Of a stretch of DNA of 64,000 bases, positions 47,841 to 59,514 are shown piece after piece. Every line of letters starts with the position of its first letter. Positions within the stretch are counted from its first letter, which is position 1. The DNA is taken from contig NIVC01003414.1 of the NCBI GenBank assembly GCA_002269645.1, forward strand, positions 1 to 64,000, in the 5' to 3' direction. Position numbers and translations under genes: made by a program. The DNA comes from Macrostomum lignano. Taxonomy: Eukaryota. The notes under the pieces are model-generated. The model was given only the letters and a program-made list of their open reading frames with translations. It was not told the origin of the DNA and ran no database searches.

Positions 47841-50534
47841 GGTAAAGCAATAGAAATGAATAAATTTTGCTAGTAGCTTTTAAGAAGGGAACTCTAAAGT
47901 CCCTAGGGTCAGGTGTTCAAGCAATACAAGTTTAGACATTCTTCTTATATATTAAGGTAATTAAATGAGACACTATTAATAAGTAATAAGTTCAATTATT
48001 GATATCTAAGTTCTAGGTTATAGCCTAGGGATATTAACTATGGATATTCATAGTACGAGCGCTCGTAGTTAGACTATTATGAGAAAAATCTAGGTACACC
48101 TATGGATTGGATATAGATTAGGTCAAAGAAAAAAAACTTGTAGTAGTGAAACCCAATGGCAGTTATGCCTTACTGAAACTTTTTATTTTATCTATTATTT
48201 CATTTTAATATATTTTATTAAATTACAAAATTGCAACTTATAAATTTATTTTTTCATATTAGACTTTATAGTCTATAAAATGGCAATGGAAATATAGTAA
48301 AAGCTTATGAGATACTAACAAATAATATTGAGTATTAATGCCGAATGGGATGATCACTATATATATAATATAGTATATATGTTAATGAAATTCTAGTTTA
48401 AAAATTAAAATAGGCTTACTAGATTAGCAATAGCTTTTTCAATAATTTTAAAGTGACTGTTTGAAAATCATTCAGAAGGATAATGCAACAAACAAAAATC
48501 ATACTCATAACTTCTGCTTTAAAGCATTGCCATCAGGCTTCTAAATTTTACTTAAAAAATCAGGCCTACATCATCCATACTTAATGCATTTTCAAGTTTT
48601 CAATATAGAAAGCCTGGATTAAATATAGCTTAATTAGCAAAGTAGCTAACTACTTTGTGCTTGCTTTATGCTTTGGAGCTAGGAGGCTAGAAAATTGGTC
48701 TTTACTTTAGGTAAGGTGATGACAACTGAATAAATTGAATTTAAATAAATCAGTAGACGATTCAGATGAGATGAGGTTGGCATGTAGTGTTATACTATAA
48801 GGGTCAAATTACTTTGATTTATCGATTCAGCATTTAGACGTTAAAGAATTTATACAGCCTTTGAAATAATTGGCACACGGATATGTAGTTGAACAACAGT
48901 TAACAAGGATCTAAAAATTGGCATCGTCTCCTTGAATTAAAAATTCCCCATGAATATGAAAATATTAAATTCACATTTTTACCCAAAGCAAAGCAATAAA
49001 TCGTAACTTTTACATGATATTTTATGGATTTACGTTGATTTTATCCCTCATATAAATGAGAACTGTGAATTTTTGTTTAAACTGCTGAAAGGCGCATGCG
49101 GGCTCACGCAATGGTCTTTTTAGAGTTCCAGTATCTGGACTTAGTCTCGGACTTTTGAGAGCGCAAAAAATATAATAAAAATGAAGGTCACTTTAGAACA
49201 AGAAGCCGACCTCTTCCCCAGGAGTTGTGCTGGGTGAAGATGAATCGGTAGCTAAGCTATAGTGCTACATGTAACATAAAAAAATACAATTTGGCTACAT
49301 AGTACACATGTACAAGCATGTGTATAGGTTGGATTGACAGACATTGACAGTCATGGTAGATGTATCATATGTCTACTGCAAATGCGGTGCTGTACAATAG
49401 TTAGGAAAACTTTGAAGAATTTTTTAGGCTTTGTTGGGTCAAAAATACAATTGTATGATCGACTTGGGAATTAAAAATGTGCACAATTGCATTATATACA
49501 TGTACCTCACATGTACATATGTACATGTAAATGTAGTTGACGTAAACATACAAATGCAATTGTATTTTTAAACACACGTATATTTTTCGGCACAAAATAG
49601 CAATACAACAACAACATATATAGTCCCTAGAAGACAATTGACTTCCCTAGACTCCTATCATGGATAAATCATCCATGATCCATGCATGAGGCCATCCATG
49701 GATCATCCCTGAACATGTATGGACACATGGCTGTTCATAGATGGAACCATACATGTTTATGGATGGTTCCATAGATGTTCATACGTGGGAGTTTTCATGC
49801 ATGGTCATCCATGGACATTAAAAACTAGTAAATGTATCTTACTGCACTACTTTCAGTAGCCCATGACGATTTTTTGATGCATTGCCATTGACACGTTTAG
49901 TGTGAACTTTTTATGAGTAAGAGTAACTTATTCCCACATTTCTTCCAAGCGGATTAGAAGTTTTAATTTCAGGTTGCATTTACATGTAAGACATCTTTGG
50001 AGAAAAATCAGACCTTCCTCTAAACAGCAATTTGCAACCAGGCTTGAGCTAATAAATTTCCAAAAAAATGACATTTTAAGGCAAAAATGCAGCATACATG
50101 TAAGTTGTACAATTTCTTTTAAAACATTTAAAGTAGATTATTAAAGAACGCACACGACTGCTTTTATTTATTTTAGCATAACAAATTGAAATAAAATAGT
50201 AAGACGCTTTAAACTTTAAACTGCCTTAGTCGTGCACACGCAGGCAAAAAATACAAGAAATAAATTACAAATCAAAGCAAAAAACGAAGAGAAATAAATA
50301 GCTCTAAGGATGTCTATAAAAGTATTTTTACATTGGAACATTCTAGTCTCTAAACTTTCAGACTTTTAAAGCCACAAAGAGGCCGTGTTCGGGACTTGAG
50401 GTTGTCTATTTTTAATCTAATATTCAATAGAAAAATTGAAAAAGGTACAGTAAAGTACGTAGCTGCTTTTTTATTCCTATTTTCATTTTGACATCCTATT
50501 TGCTCTAAAGGGTCGACATCCTGAGTGCTTGCAC

Positions 50535-52838
50535 TTAATCATGTTCAAATGCCCGGGCTAATGGGATAGCACAATAGCAGTCTTTTTTAAACAATGGAAG
50601 CGGTACCGCTATGCAAGGACGTTCGATTTCAATTAAATCGACAGTTTTTTCAAAACACTGAGAATTATTTGGCATAGTAATTAAAACAAAATAAAAAGAC
50701 GAACACTTTTTATAAACAGAATACAGTGCTTGGCGCCATTCGAGCAAATCTTCTGGACAAGGATCAGATAGAAATGTAAAGTCGAAAAGAGAGCCAATTG
50801 GGTTAAATTCTTTAACTAGAGCTCGGTTAGGCATGACAAAGCGGATAATGGAACAAATTTGGCCAGACGATAAAACACAAAGATGATTGGAAGTAGATAC
50901 ATTTGAATTAAAAGTTGAAAAAAAGTAGCCATTAACGTAGGCCAATGTGCTTTTTAAAATTCCATTCGACCGGGATGGTTCTAACGCAATTGAGTTATAA
51001 GCTTCTAAGATACTCGCATCCTGAACTTCTGAAAAAAGATGATGCAGTTCCTTCTGGTATAAAAACTTGCTAACAAGTTGGGAACCAAATGAAACTGTTC
51101 CACACAAAAACTTTTTGAACATGCCCATTGCACTCTCAAAGGCGAACATCGAGTAACCAAAAACAGGACCAAGCATACTATACTGTTCGCCCATATGTAG
51201 AAGTAAATGAAAGTTGAGGCGAAGAATCTTTGGACCAAAGATATTTTGAGCATTTAAAAGAAAGTACTTTGACAGCATCTCTATATCGACTTTGTCGGAT
51301 TGGACATTATACAGCAAATGGTACAGAAGTACTAAATTTGTTACTAAGAGCTTAGTTGGAAGATGCGACGCTCTCTGCACTAAAGTAGGAAAACAGAAAT
51401 AAAGTGCAAAATTTTTATAATGCTTTGCCTTCCAGTCGGAGAGGGTTCGAACTTTTGACTGAATACTAATGCTCGGTGGTATAATCGAATCGCGAATACA
51501 AGAGGACACAAAGTCCGAACAACTAGAAGAACAGAAATATGGCTCGTGCCGGTTTGAAGGAGAGAAAATCTCTTCGAGCAAAAACTTAATTTGGCCTTCG
51601 AATAAACAGTGTAGACTATCAATTGGGTTACAATTAGGAAAGGAAATAATGTCCAACAGGCAACTGCGACTCTTAACACCAAAAACAGGCTTTTTACGAA
51701 TTTCTGCTAGACGGCAGTGCTCAATATGAGTAGTCATAGTCCGTAAAGGAAATATGTGCGCTTCGCTAAAGCGGAATACCCAGTTCTTGCCTTTCTCAGA
51801 TACTTTAATGCTTTCCCCCGGGTGCAGACATTTAGGGCAGCTAAACGCTCCATTAAATTGGTGAATACAAAATAGCTTAGCTAGCGCAGGTAAGTCGCAG
51901 ACTAACAAAGTACAATGAACAAAAACATTATATTCCAAAAATACAAATTGCTTTGGTAAGCTTTTCACGATTTCGGGCAAAAAAACCTGAAAATGTGGAA
52001 TAGCCTTTGCAGCGACAAGAGCAAGAAGAATGAGATTTGAGAACTTCTGTCGAATGTGCACAGGGAGATTTAATATCTGCGCTTGAAATGGCCAAAAGCT
52101 ACTTTTAGCATTGTCAAAAAAATTAGCTCCATCGGCAGAGACAAGTAGATGCAAGTGAATTGATTTATTAGAACTTCGCTGTAAATTTTGATCCGACACA
52201 ATTTTTGAATTCAGAACGTCAGAATTGCTACTGGTCTGTAATTTCTGTTCATAGTTAAGAATAGTTGTAAGATGTTTAGTCAAGATTGATCGCAGCTGTG
52301 GGACGATATTTAGCAGTGTTACAATCGACTTTGCCTTTGGTTGATGAATATTACACTGGGCTTTGCATTCACTGCAAAAAAGAAGCTCAGAGACACAACT
52401 GTCATCAAGACTGCAAGCTTCTTTAAGCCTGGACTTTAACACCTTTACGCTAGGTGGGATATTTTGATTAGATCTTTTAGTAAGGATCAAAATAAGCTTA
52501 AGCAGCCTATCTAGCGCAGCTTCAGAAACTCCAGACGTAATAGCCCACTGGTAAATTAATGCAGCCTGCACACATGGATCGTCTAAAGCTGAAAAATTCG
52601 GCAGATGACTCAATTCTTCCTCAAACTCTATATTGCCTGCATCAGGATTAGCAGGACCGGAACTACTAAAGCCCTCTGGTTGGGGTTGAGCTTCCAATAC
52701 ATTAGCGCTAGGAATTTGATTTAAAGAGCTGCTACTTGATGAGCTGTTGGAATGAGAATCTGAAGACAATATTTGGCAGGAGTAAGCCGAATAGTCAGTT
52801 GACAGGGATGCTTCAGATTCAGTGGACGTGTCAGACAT
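50535..52838 (-). CDS. CACTA/EnSpm-type DDE transposase, 767 aa, intronless
   Basis: SADG...SFWP...ILNLPVHIR, VCDLPA, NGAFSCPKC, DSLH, WKA, NFHLLLH...GP...MFAFES motifs typical of animal EnSpm/Mirage-like transposases. Confidence 0.92.
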   Translation of the reverse strand: MSDTSTESEASLSTDYSAYSCQILSSDSHSNSSSSSSSLNQIPSANVLEAQPQPEGFSSSGPANPDAGNIEFEEELSHLPNFSALDDPCVQAALIYQWAITSGVSEAALDRLLKLILILTKRSNQNIPPSVKVLKSRLKEACSLDDSCVSELLFCSECKAQCNIHQPKAKSIVTLLNIVPQLRSILTKHLTTILNYEQKLQTSSNSDVLNSKIVSDQNLQRSSNKSIHLHLLVSADGANFFDNAKSSFWPFQAQILNLPVHIRQKFSNLILLALVAAKAIPHFQVFLPEIVKSLPKQFVFLEYNVFVHCTLLVCDLPALAKLFCIHQFNGAFSCPKCLHPGESIKVSEKGKNWVFRFSEAHIFPLRTMTTHIEHCRLAEIRKKPVFGVKSRSCLLDIISFPNCNPIDSLHCLFEGQIKFLLEEIFSPSNRHEPYFCSSSCSDFVSSCIRDSIIPPSISIQSKVRTLSDWKAKHYKNFALYFCFPTLVQRASHLPTKLLVTNLVLLYHLLYNVQSDKVDIEMLSKYFLLNAQNIFGPKILRLNFHLLLHMGEQYSMLGPVFGYSMFAFESAMGMFKKFLCGTVSFGSQLVSKFLYQKELHHLFSEVQDASILEAYNSIALEPSRSNGILKSTLAYVNGYFFSTFNSNVSTSNHLCVLSSGQICSIIRFVMPNRALVKEFNPIGSLFDFTFLSDPCPEDLLEWRQALYSVYKKCSSFYFVLITMPNNSQCFEKTVDLIEIERPCIAVPLPLFKKDCYCAIPLARAFEHD

Positions 52839-53032
52839 TGTTATAAGTTATAAATTATAAATTATACATTCAACTTAAATTATTTAGATTAAAATTATGT
52901 GAATTAAATTAAGTGATAAAATTATAAAAATTCTAAATAAATTTAAATATTAAAATTATGGATTACCTTTAAAAAAACTGACACAGGTATAAAAGTAATT
53001 TGCTACAACAATATTGACTCTTGATAATATCG

Positions 53033-55011
53033 TCAGGATATCGAGGCTGCCGACGCCGAACGCTTCTGAGCACGCGTTTCTTCTCTAGCCAGTTGATTAA
53101 GGTGCTCTCGTACAGACTTCCAGATTTCAGTGAAGTCAAACCCAGATGTTCTGTAGCACAGGAGGATCAGACCTGGAATGTAAGATAAAGGGAAAATTTA
53201 ATGTATTTTATTGAGCATTAGGTTAAATAAAATACTAGCTTAATGCATTAATGGTTTCTTTCTAAATTATCTGAAATTAATTATTTTTATTGACTATCCA
53301 TCTTCATCTGCTACAATGACATTAAACTTAGTGTTCTACTACCCTATGAAAATTTACAGTGACCAAAAGGTTATCCAAATCATTCATTTTAAAGAAATCC
53401 TAAGCTTCAAGATTAGGTAAAATAAAATATGCAAAAAAGCAAATTGGACAGTGGAAATTTACGTTGGAATTCAGCCACATGCTCTGCTGGAGCTGGTCTT
53501 CGAGCACTGCGACGACCAGAGGCTGAGTCAATAATGTGCTCCATCAAATAGCCATCACCAAATCTGAGCCTAATGTAGCGCTTGATAAATTGCTTTGGGT
53601 CATTGCACAGAATTGAGGACAGTGATGCCAAAGATCCGTCAACACATCGGAAGTCCTATAAATTAGGAATTTAGGTGTAAGGACACAATGTTAATCTACC
53701 TTGCTAAGAATGAAAGTTACATCATCAGATTTGAAAAGAATAACCTCATCTGCATATTCCTTTATTGTTAATGTACCACTAAAGGCAGTATCCTTTTTTA
53801 GGAGCCGGCTTATTCTAGCAGTGAGACGCTTCTCAAGAGCTATCATCTCTGAGTGGATGAATTCCTTGATGCCTATAATTATTCAATAAATAATGTTTTT
53901 ACTACATCTTGTACATAATAATTTCAGAAATAACAGAAATTAAAGCTAAAATTTACCTTGCATAGAGGTATCAGGTTGTGTTTCCATGGCATGGCTTTGC
54001 TCCTGATCAACACCTTAAATCAATTGACAAAAGTATTAACTCAGTAATACTGGATAAAAGATCTCTACATCAGGATACAATTCTGTCAAAATCAATAGTG
54101 ACATATTTTCTAATATAAAGGCAATTTTTTTATTTCAAAATTTTGAAATTGGATCAAAAAGAAGACAAGCATATACTAACTTGAGTTCAAATGACCTGTA
54201 GCACGTTCTTGCTCTGCCTGTACAGTGGAAGCTTCCTTTTCAAAGGCAGAAATCACTTTATCTAAAATGTATATAAATTTGTACAAAGTAGCACATTTTC
54301 TATAGAAAAAGCATTATTCATATGCTTATCATATTTAAGATACTTAGGTAAATTATCATCAGTTACCATTTGGATTTGGAACAGCGAAATATTGGGCTTC
54401 CTCATCTTCATTATCTTCACACTCAATATTGTGATTATAAAGCTCCTGTAGCAAGTCACGGCTATTGCTGCCTTGGCATGAGCTAACTGCTGAACTTGCT
54501 AATTGTGGTTGTTGTTGTTGCCGATCTGTTGCTTTTGCAATGGTACTTTGGCTGTTACTTGCTCCTAGAAGAGCAATGGCTTGGTCAACTAATGAGTCAG
54601 TGTTTTCAGCCTCACTGACCAAAGACGACAATTCTCTCATTGCAGCAGCAATTTGCCGCTCATTTCCTTTAGCAATAAGAGTTGCAGAGTATAACCTAGC
54701 ATACATACGAAGAAAGACCTTGTCACCCTAAAAAGTTAAATATATAGACATTTTTTAAATTGTTTCAAACATTAAATTATTTCAATTAGATTTAATATTA
54801 ATTTTTTAATTATAAAAATTACTTGTGCCAATTTAATCTTGTCATCATCAGTCATGTCCCTTGGCCAATATGGTGACCCAAATGCAATAGTAGTATACTT
54901 CTCATTACTTGCAGCTCCATCAAGAATAAAACAAAAAAATGTTGATGAGTAGTCTAGATTGAATCGAGAAGTTGATTTTGAAGACTTACGAAGGCTTCTT
55001 TCAATGCTCAT
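53033..55011 (-). CDS. Transposon accessory protein, 7 exons (55011-54823, 54727-54367, 54261-54181, 54013-53957, 53872-53700, 53655-53463, 53172-53033), 397 aa, coiled coil plus BEN-like C-terminus
   Basis: All six introns are GT-AG with mutually compatible phases (0,1,1,1,0,1), giving one open frame of 1194 nt. The domain call is by pattern recall only. Confidence 0.8.
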
Positions 55012-55537
55012 GATTAAAAATTTGGATTGGCTAGAAAGATTGTATATATCTGTAAATGAGAAAGTAAGATATATTTAAAAATTTATAACTGTTTTAAGTA
55101 AACATAGTACAGAAACATAAAAAATATTATATCAATCAGTTAAATATTTTCATATAATGTTTTATATTTTATTTGTGTTTTTAACATAGAATAAATAAAT
55201 AGATCTAAAAAGTTTTAACTAGAACTTATTTAGTTCTAATATATAACCATTAAATCTTATTAGTCTTATCATTTTAGTTAGTTGAATATAGAAAAATAAC
55301 AATGCTAGAAAATTTTAATACTAATTTTTGAACAAATGAAACAAAACAGTTCTTTAAACCATAGCCTAGAAGTCTTAAAAATACTATAGTATTACATAGC
55401 TAAGACTAGTTATAAAAGTAGGCCTAAAGGTACAAGACCAAGACTGCAACAGTAAGCCTGTTATACTTAAACAAAAAGACAGTTTTATTTGTCAAGTCTG
55501 ATAATTGAAAGTACAAGTACAAGTAACAAAGCCTAGC

Positions 55538-56084
55538 CAAGGGTGGATCTAGAAGGGGGGCCAAGAAGGCCATGGCCCCCCCTTAGCCGTAGCCAAAGAA
55601 ATTTTGATCATACTTTTTTGGCCTGCTACTATGCCACAGGTTTTTTTTGTGCGCAGAGTGTGCGTATGCACCCTAAATTTTAAAATCGCACCCTTAAATT
55701 AAAAAAGTAGGTGCAGTTTAGGTGCAGTCTTATAACCATTTTTCTTTAAAGGCTTAACCATGCTTAAGCTATTTTTCATGCACTGCCTTAAAATATGAAA
55801 CAAAATAACTCTTTAAATCCTATTAAGTCATATAGGCGATATAGCCTATGGCTATAGCCTTATGTAAGATATTAAAATATACATTCCCAGTTGTCTGAAA
55901 CAAGACTCAAGAGAAATTACACTCTGAGCCTTAAAATTGCACCTTGAAATTTGGCACAAGGTGCGATTTTGCACCTTGTCTCTGGCAAAAAAACCCAGTA
56001 TGCCAGGTCTACTTTCCAATATGGGGTTGTAGTGCTTGGTATAGCTTGCCCCCCACCCTCAAAAATTTTCTGGATCTGCGCCTG
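55538..56084. mobile_element. hAT-like MITE nested in the CACTA element
   Basis: Imperfect TIRs CAAGGGTGGATCTAG / CTGGATCTGCGCCTG; 8-bp TSD AGCCTAGC / GGCCTAGC (7 of 8 match). Confidence 0.7.
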
Positions 56085-56743
56085 GGCCTAGCTATTATTT
56101 TTTTATACATAATTTAGTTGATATTAGATCTATCTATTGAATTTTACTGAAATAAACTATAGATAGTCCTTTTTAAATACATGATACACTAAGAAGGCCT
56201 AATACAACTTGAATTATAATGTGAGAAAAGGTAAGATAAAATAGGCCTAAATTCATTAATGCCTTAATGGTCTAATCTTATATTACTACCAAATTACTAA
56301 AAATTGACTTTTATTATGTATTATCTACTGGTAGTTACAAATAATTATTATCTACTGCATAAAGTATACGAAACTGTAATAGTCTGTCTTAGTTTCCGAC
56401 TAGCCAAAACCTGTAAGGTAGTGACATTAAAAAAATAAAACTTCGATTTACGCTATAGAATGGTTTGAACAATATATGTATTGCAGAAAAAAACAAAAAT
56501 GTTGTCTAGAAAATTTAAAAGTCAGTAAAGTACTACCTTTTGTTTTTTCTCCATTGTTTTTTTAGAAGAATAGGGTATAAAGTAGCACATAAAAATTATT
56601 TTCAAAAGAAACATATGAACGTGCTTCCATCCATGATTAAATCATGGAGCAAAAAAAATACATCCATGAAAGTTTCATGGACATGCATGAAAATGACATG
56701 GATCATGGATCATGGATGATTTATCCATGACTGGAGTCTAGGG

Positions 56744-57083
56744 TTGTTGATTCTCAGCAGATCTTGTCTATCTTCTTGGGTTGCTGCGCAATTAAGTAAC
56801 TTGCAAGAACGTGCAAGATCTTTGCTATAATAATACTTGAGTAAACTTACCAGATCTGGGCGACTTGCTACATCGTATAAGATCTTATCTTTTATGTCCA
56901 TTTGTAGCTTCGAATCGCATATTTTCTTAAATTTATTGTCCCATTTTGTCATAAAATAAAATAAGTTCAGCTAGAACACTTAGCCAAATGAATGACAAAA
57001 CAATTATTTACCTCCCATCGTAGAAGATCCTGCAAGAACCGAGCAGATTGAGAAGATCTGCAACATATGACTGTTTTATTGCT
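56744..57083 (-). pseudogene. 3' exons (57083-57012, 56925-56744) of an unidentified spliced gene whose last codons lie at 49642-49627, beyond the CACTA insertion
   Basis: Phase-0 GT-AG join SNKTVICC...LLRWE|KICDSK... Removing the element and one TSD restores ...LLRINKSIVF*. Upstream Cys-rich exon candidates (57286-57600) could not be joined reliably. Confidence 0.5.
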
Positions 57084-57863
57084 CTGCATATGTACATGTA
57101 TAAATTGTTCTCGAAGTACCTCAAGATTATAAATGTGTACGTATCATGTACATAAATTTGTAATATAATAATAAGATTTTCGTGAGATTCAATTTTTTGC
57201 GTACTACACGGACATGTACATGCAAATGCAGATTTCACCTACCAAAAAATTATTGTACATATGTAACACACGTGCAGGCACACTTTCAATTTTTGCATGT
57301 CATGTATATAGTTATGAGCGATCTTATCTGATCTGAGTATGAGTCTTGAGTCTGATCTGTTAATTGTTTTTTTAACAGGCTGGGTTTTTTAACAAACCTG
57401 CAACGGATGCAGTCAGCTGGTAAAATCTCTATACAGCTGTGCATCACAATTTTACCAGACACACAAATTACACAGTAAAATGCTCGACTTAACGTTGATC
57501 TTGTAAAATAATGAAATAAAAATTGCTTATCTTTACCATGTGAGCACTTGATAAATGCCAAAAAATGCAGAGGTCGTCTCTACTTTCCTTAGTTGCCATG
57601 CCGACAATCTGTACTGCTGTTCAGAGCAGAAATCGACCCGTAGATTTTAAAAACCGCGGGCATAAAGGCTCGCGTCGCTCGCGTAATCTAATCTGCTGTA
57701 GCTAGCGGGGTTGCCTTCGAATTGGGACTCATGCTGAGTTGTTTGGGCATAATGTTTATAAATTGCTTAGCAAGATTTAAAACTTCAGCCGTCAACAACT
57801 GACTACAGATCTTTTAAAGTTGTCTACTATATCTAGCTGAATTACTGTATCTACAAATTGTAA

Positions 57864-58022
57864 ATGTCGAAGTTAACTATTTTGTATCTGGCTGCAGCAG
57901 CACTGTTCTTCATAGCTGGCTGTACTGCTGAACAATACCGTAAGGCATCTATTTGACAGGCAATTTGCCTGTTTTGATTCCTTGTGTTGTCTGTCTGACT
58001 GTCTTAGTGTCTGTCTGTGCGT

Positions 58023-58057
<35 letters not shown>

Positions 58058-58128
58058 ACAGTCTGCCTGCCTGTCTGTCTGTCTTAGTGTCCATCTGTCT
58101 GTCTGTCTCTGTCTGTCCGTCTGTCTGC

Positions 58129-58175
<47 letters not shown>

Positions 58176-58359
58176 TCCTTAGTGTCCATCTGTCTGTCTG
58201 TCTCTGTCTGTCTGCCTGTCTGTCCGTCTGTCTGTCTGTCTGTCTGACAGTCTGCCTGCCGGTCTGTCTGTCTTAGTGTCCATCTGTCTGTCTGTCTCTG
58301 TCTGTCCGTCTGTCTGCTCTGTCTGCTTGCCTGTCTGTCTGTCTTAGTGTCCATCTGTC

Positions 58360-58398
<39 letters not shown>

Positions 58399-59136
58399 GC
58401 CTGCCTGTCTGTCTGTCTGTCTGCTTGACAGTCTGCCTGCCTGCCTGTCTGTCTGTCTTAGTGTCCGTCTGTCTGTCTGTCTGCCTGTCTGTCTGTCTGT
58501 CTGTATGTATGTCTGTCTGTCTGTCTGTCTGTCTTTCAACTGAACTGGGGTTATTTTTTCCATTCTCCTATCGATCGCAGGGCCGAAGTACTCCTACATT
58601 GGTTGCTATGGCGACACCAGCCGGCGGGACCTCTCCAACTACGTGGCCCGCAGCCGCATGTCGGTAGAGTTCTGCTACAGGGAGTGCGACAGGCTCCGCT
58701 ACCGGTACTTCGGGCTGCAGAACGGGCGCCTGTGCTTCTGCGGCAACACCTACGGGTTGTACGGACAGAAGAGCGAACGGGAGTGCAACCTGCGCTGCAA
58801 CGGCAACCGGGACGAGTTCTGCGGCGGCCGGCTGCGCAACTGCATCTACGAAATCCACACGGTGAGCGAAGCTGCAGTTTTCACTAATTGGCAAAGCACA
58901 TATGTACAAATGTACATGTACCTGCACAGTTTGTAATTGAGAGGTCTCAGAAGGTGAGATAAATATTACAAGTACATTTGCATACAGTCGACCATGAAAC
59001 AAACAATTTTCATGCGCAGATTGTTCTACTGATGAAACTTCTTAAAGCAGTATAGTGTGTTTATGTTGCTGAATTTAAAACAAATTATTATAGTGTTTTT
59101 AATTTTCACTTTCAGAGCGGCAGCTGGCGGAAGTAG
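57864..59136 (+). CDS. Small secreted single-WSC-domain protein; exons 57864-57939, 58581-58861, 59116-59136 (125 aa)
   Basis: Signal peptide [22 protein letters not shown]; WSC pattern YIGCY...C...C...YFGLQNG..CFCGN...C...C.G...CGG; consistent splice phases (1, 0). Confidence 0.88.
57980..58535. repeat. (TGTC)n low-complexity repeat in WSC intron 1; a (GACA/GACG) run also at 59145-59225
   Basis: Read directly. Confidence 0.9.
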
Positions 59137-59514
59137 CGACGCAGACAGACGGACAGGAAGACAGACGGACAGGCAGACAGACGGACAGGCAGACAGACGG
59201 ACAGGCAGACGGACAGGCAGACGGACGCTATAAAACGATATTTATGCACGCGCTTGTGCAATAGGGAGATTAGATAAAAAACTTTCTGTTGGCAATTGTT
59301 GAAGACAATTTGTTTTTGTAATAAGATAAACGAAGCAATGCATCTAGCATTACAGTAGTCATCATATCATTTTACTGCGCAAGTAATGAATACCTATATT
59401 ATAGTAATAATAAGATATACTGTATATAGCGCATATATCCAGATGTGCCGGCTCGTCACAGTGAAATATACACCTGAGAAAATTAATTAACAACCTTTGA
59501 ATCGGGAGTTTAAG

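Larger units (their letters stand above)
49645..56743 (-). mobile_element. Complete CACTA/EnSpm (CMC superfamily) DNA transposon, 7.1 kb, two genes
   Basis: ~40-bp TIRs CCCTAGACTCC..TCATGGATAAATCATCCATGATCCATG, 2-bp TSD TT, subterminal CATGGA repeats at both ends, intact transposase. Confidence 0.93.

Noticed and set aside
49599-49616. AGCAATACAACAACAACA match to the RTE left flank as an alternative TSD
   Set aside because: The true 12-bp TSD sits exactly where RTE homology ends (47841-47852). This match is mostly simple (CAA)n sequence.
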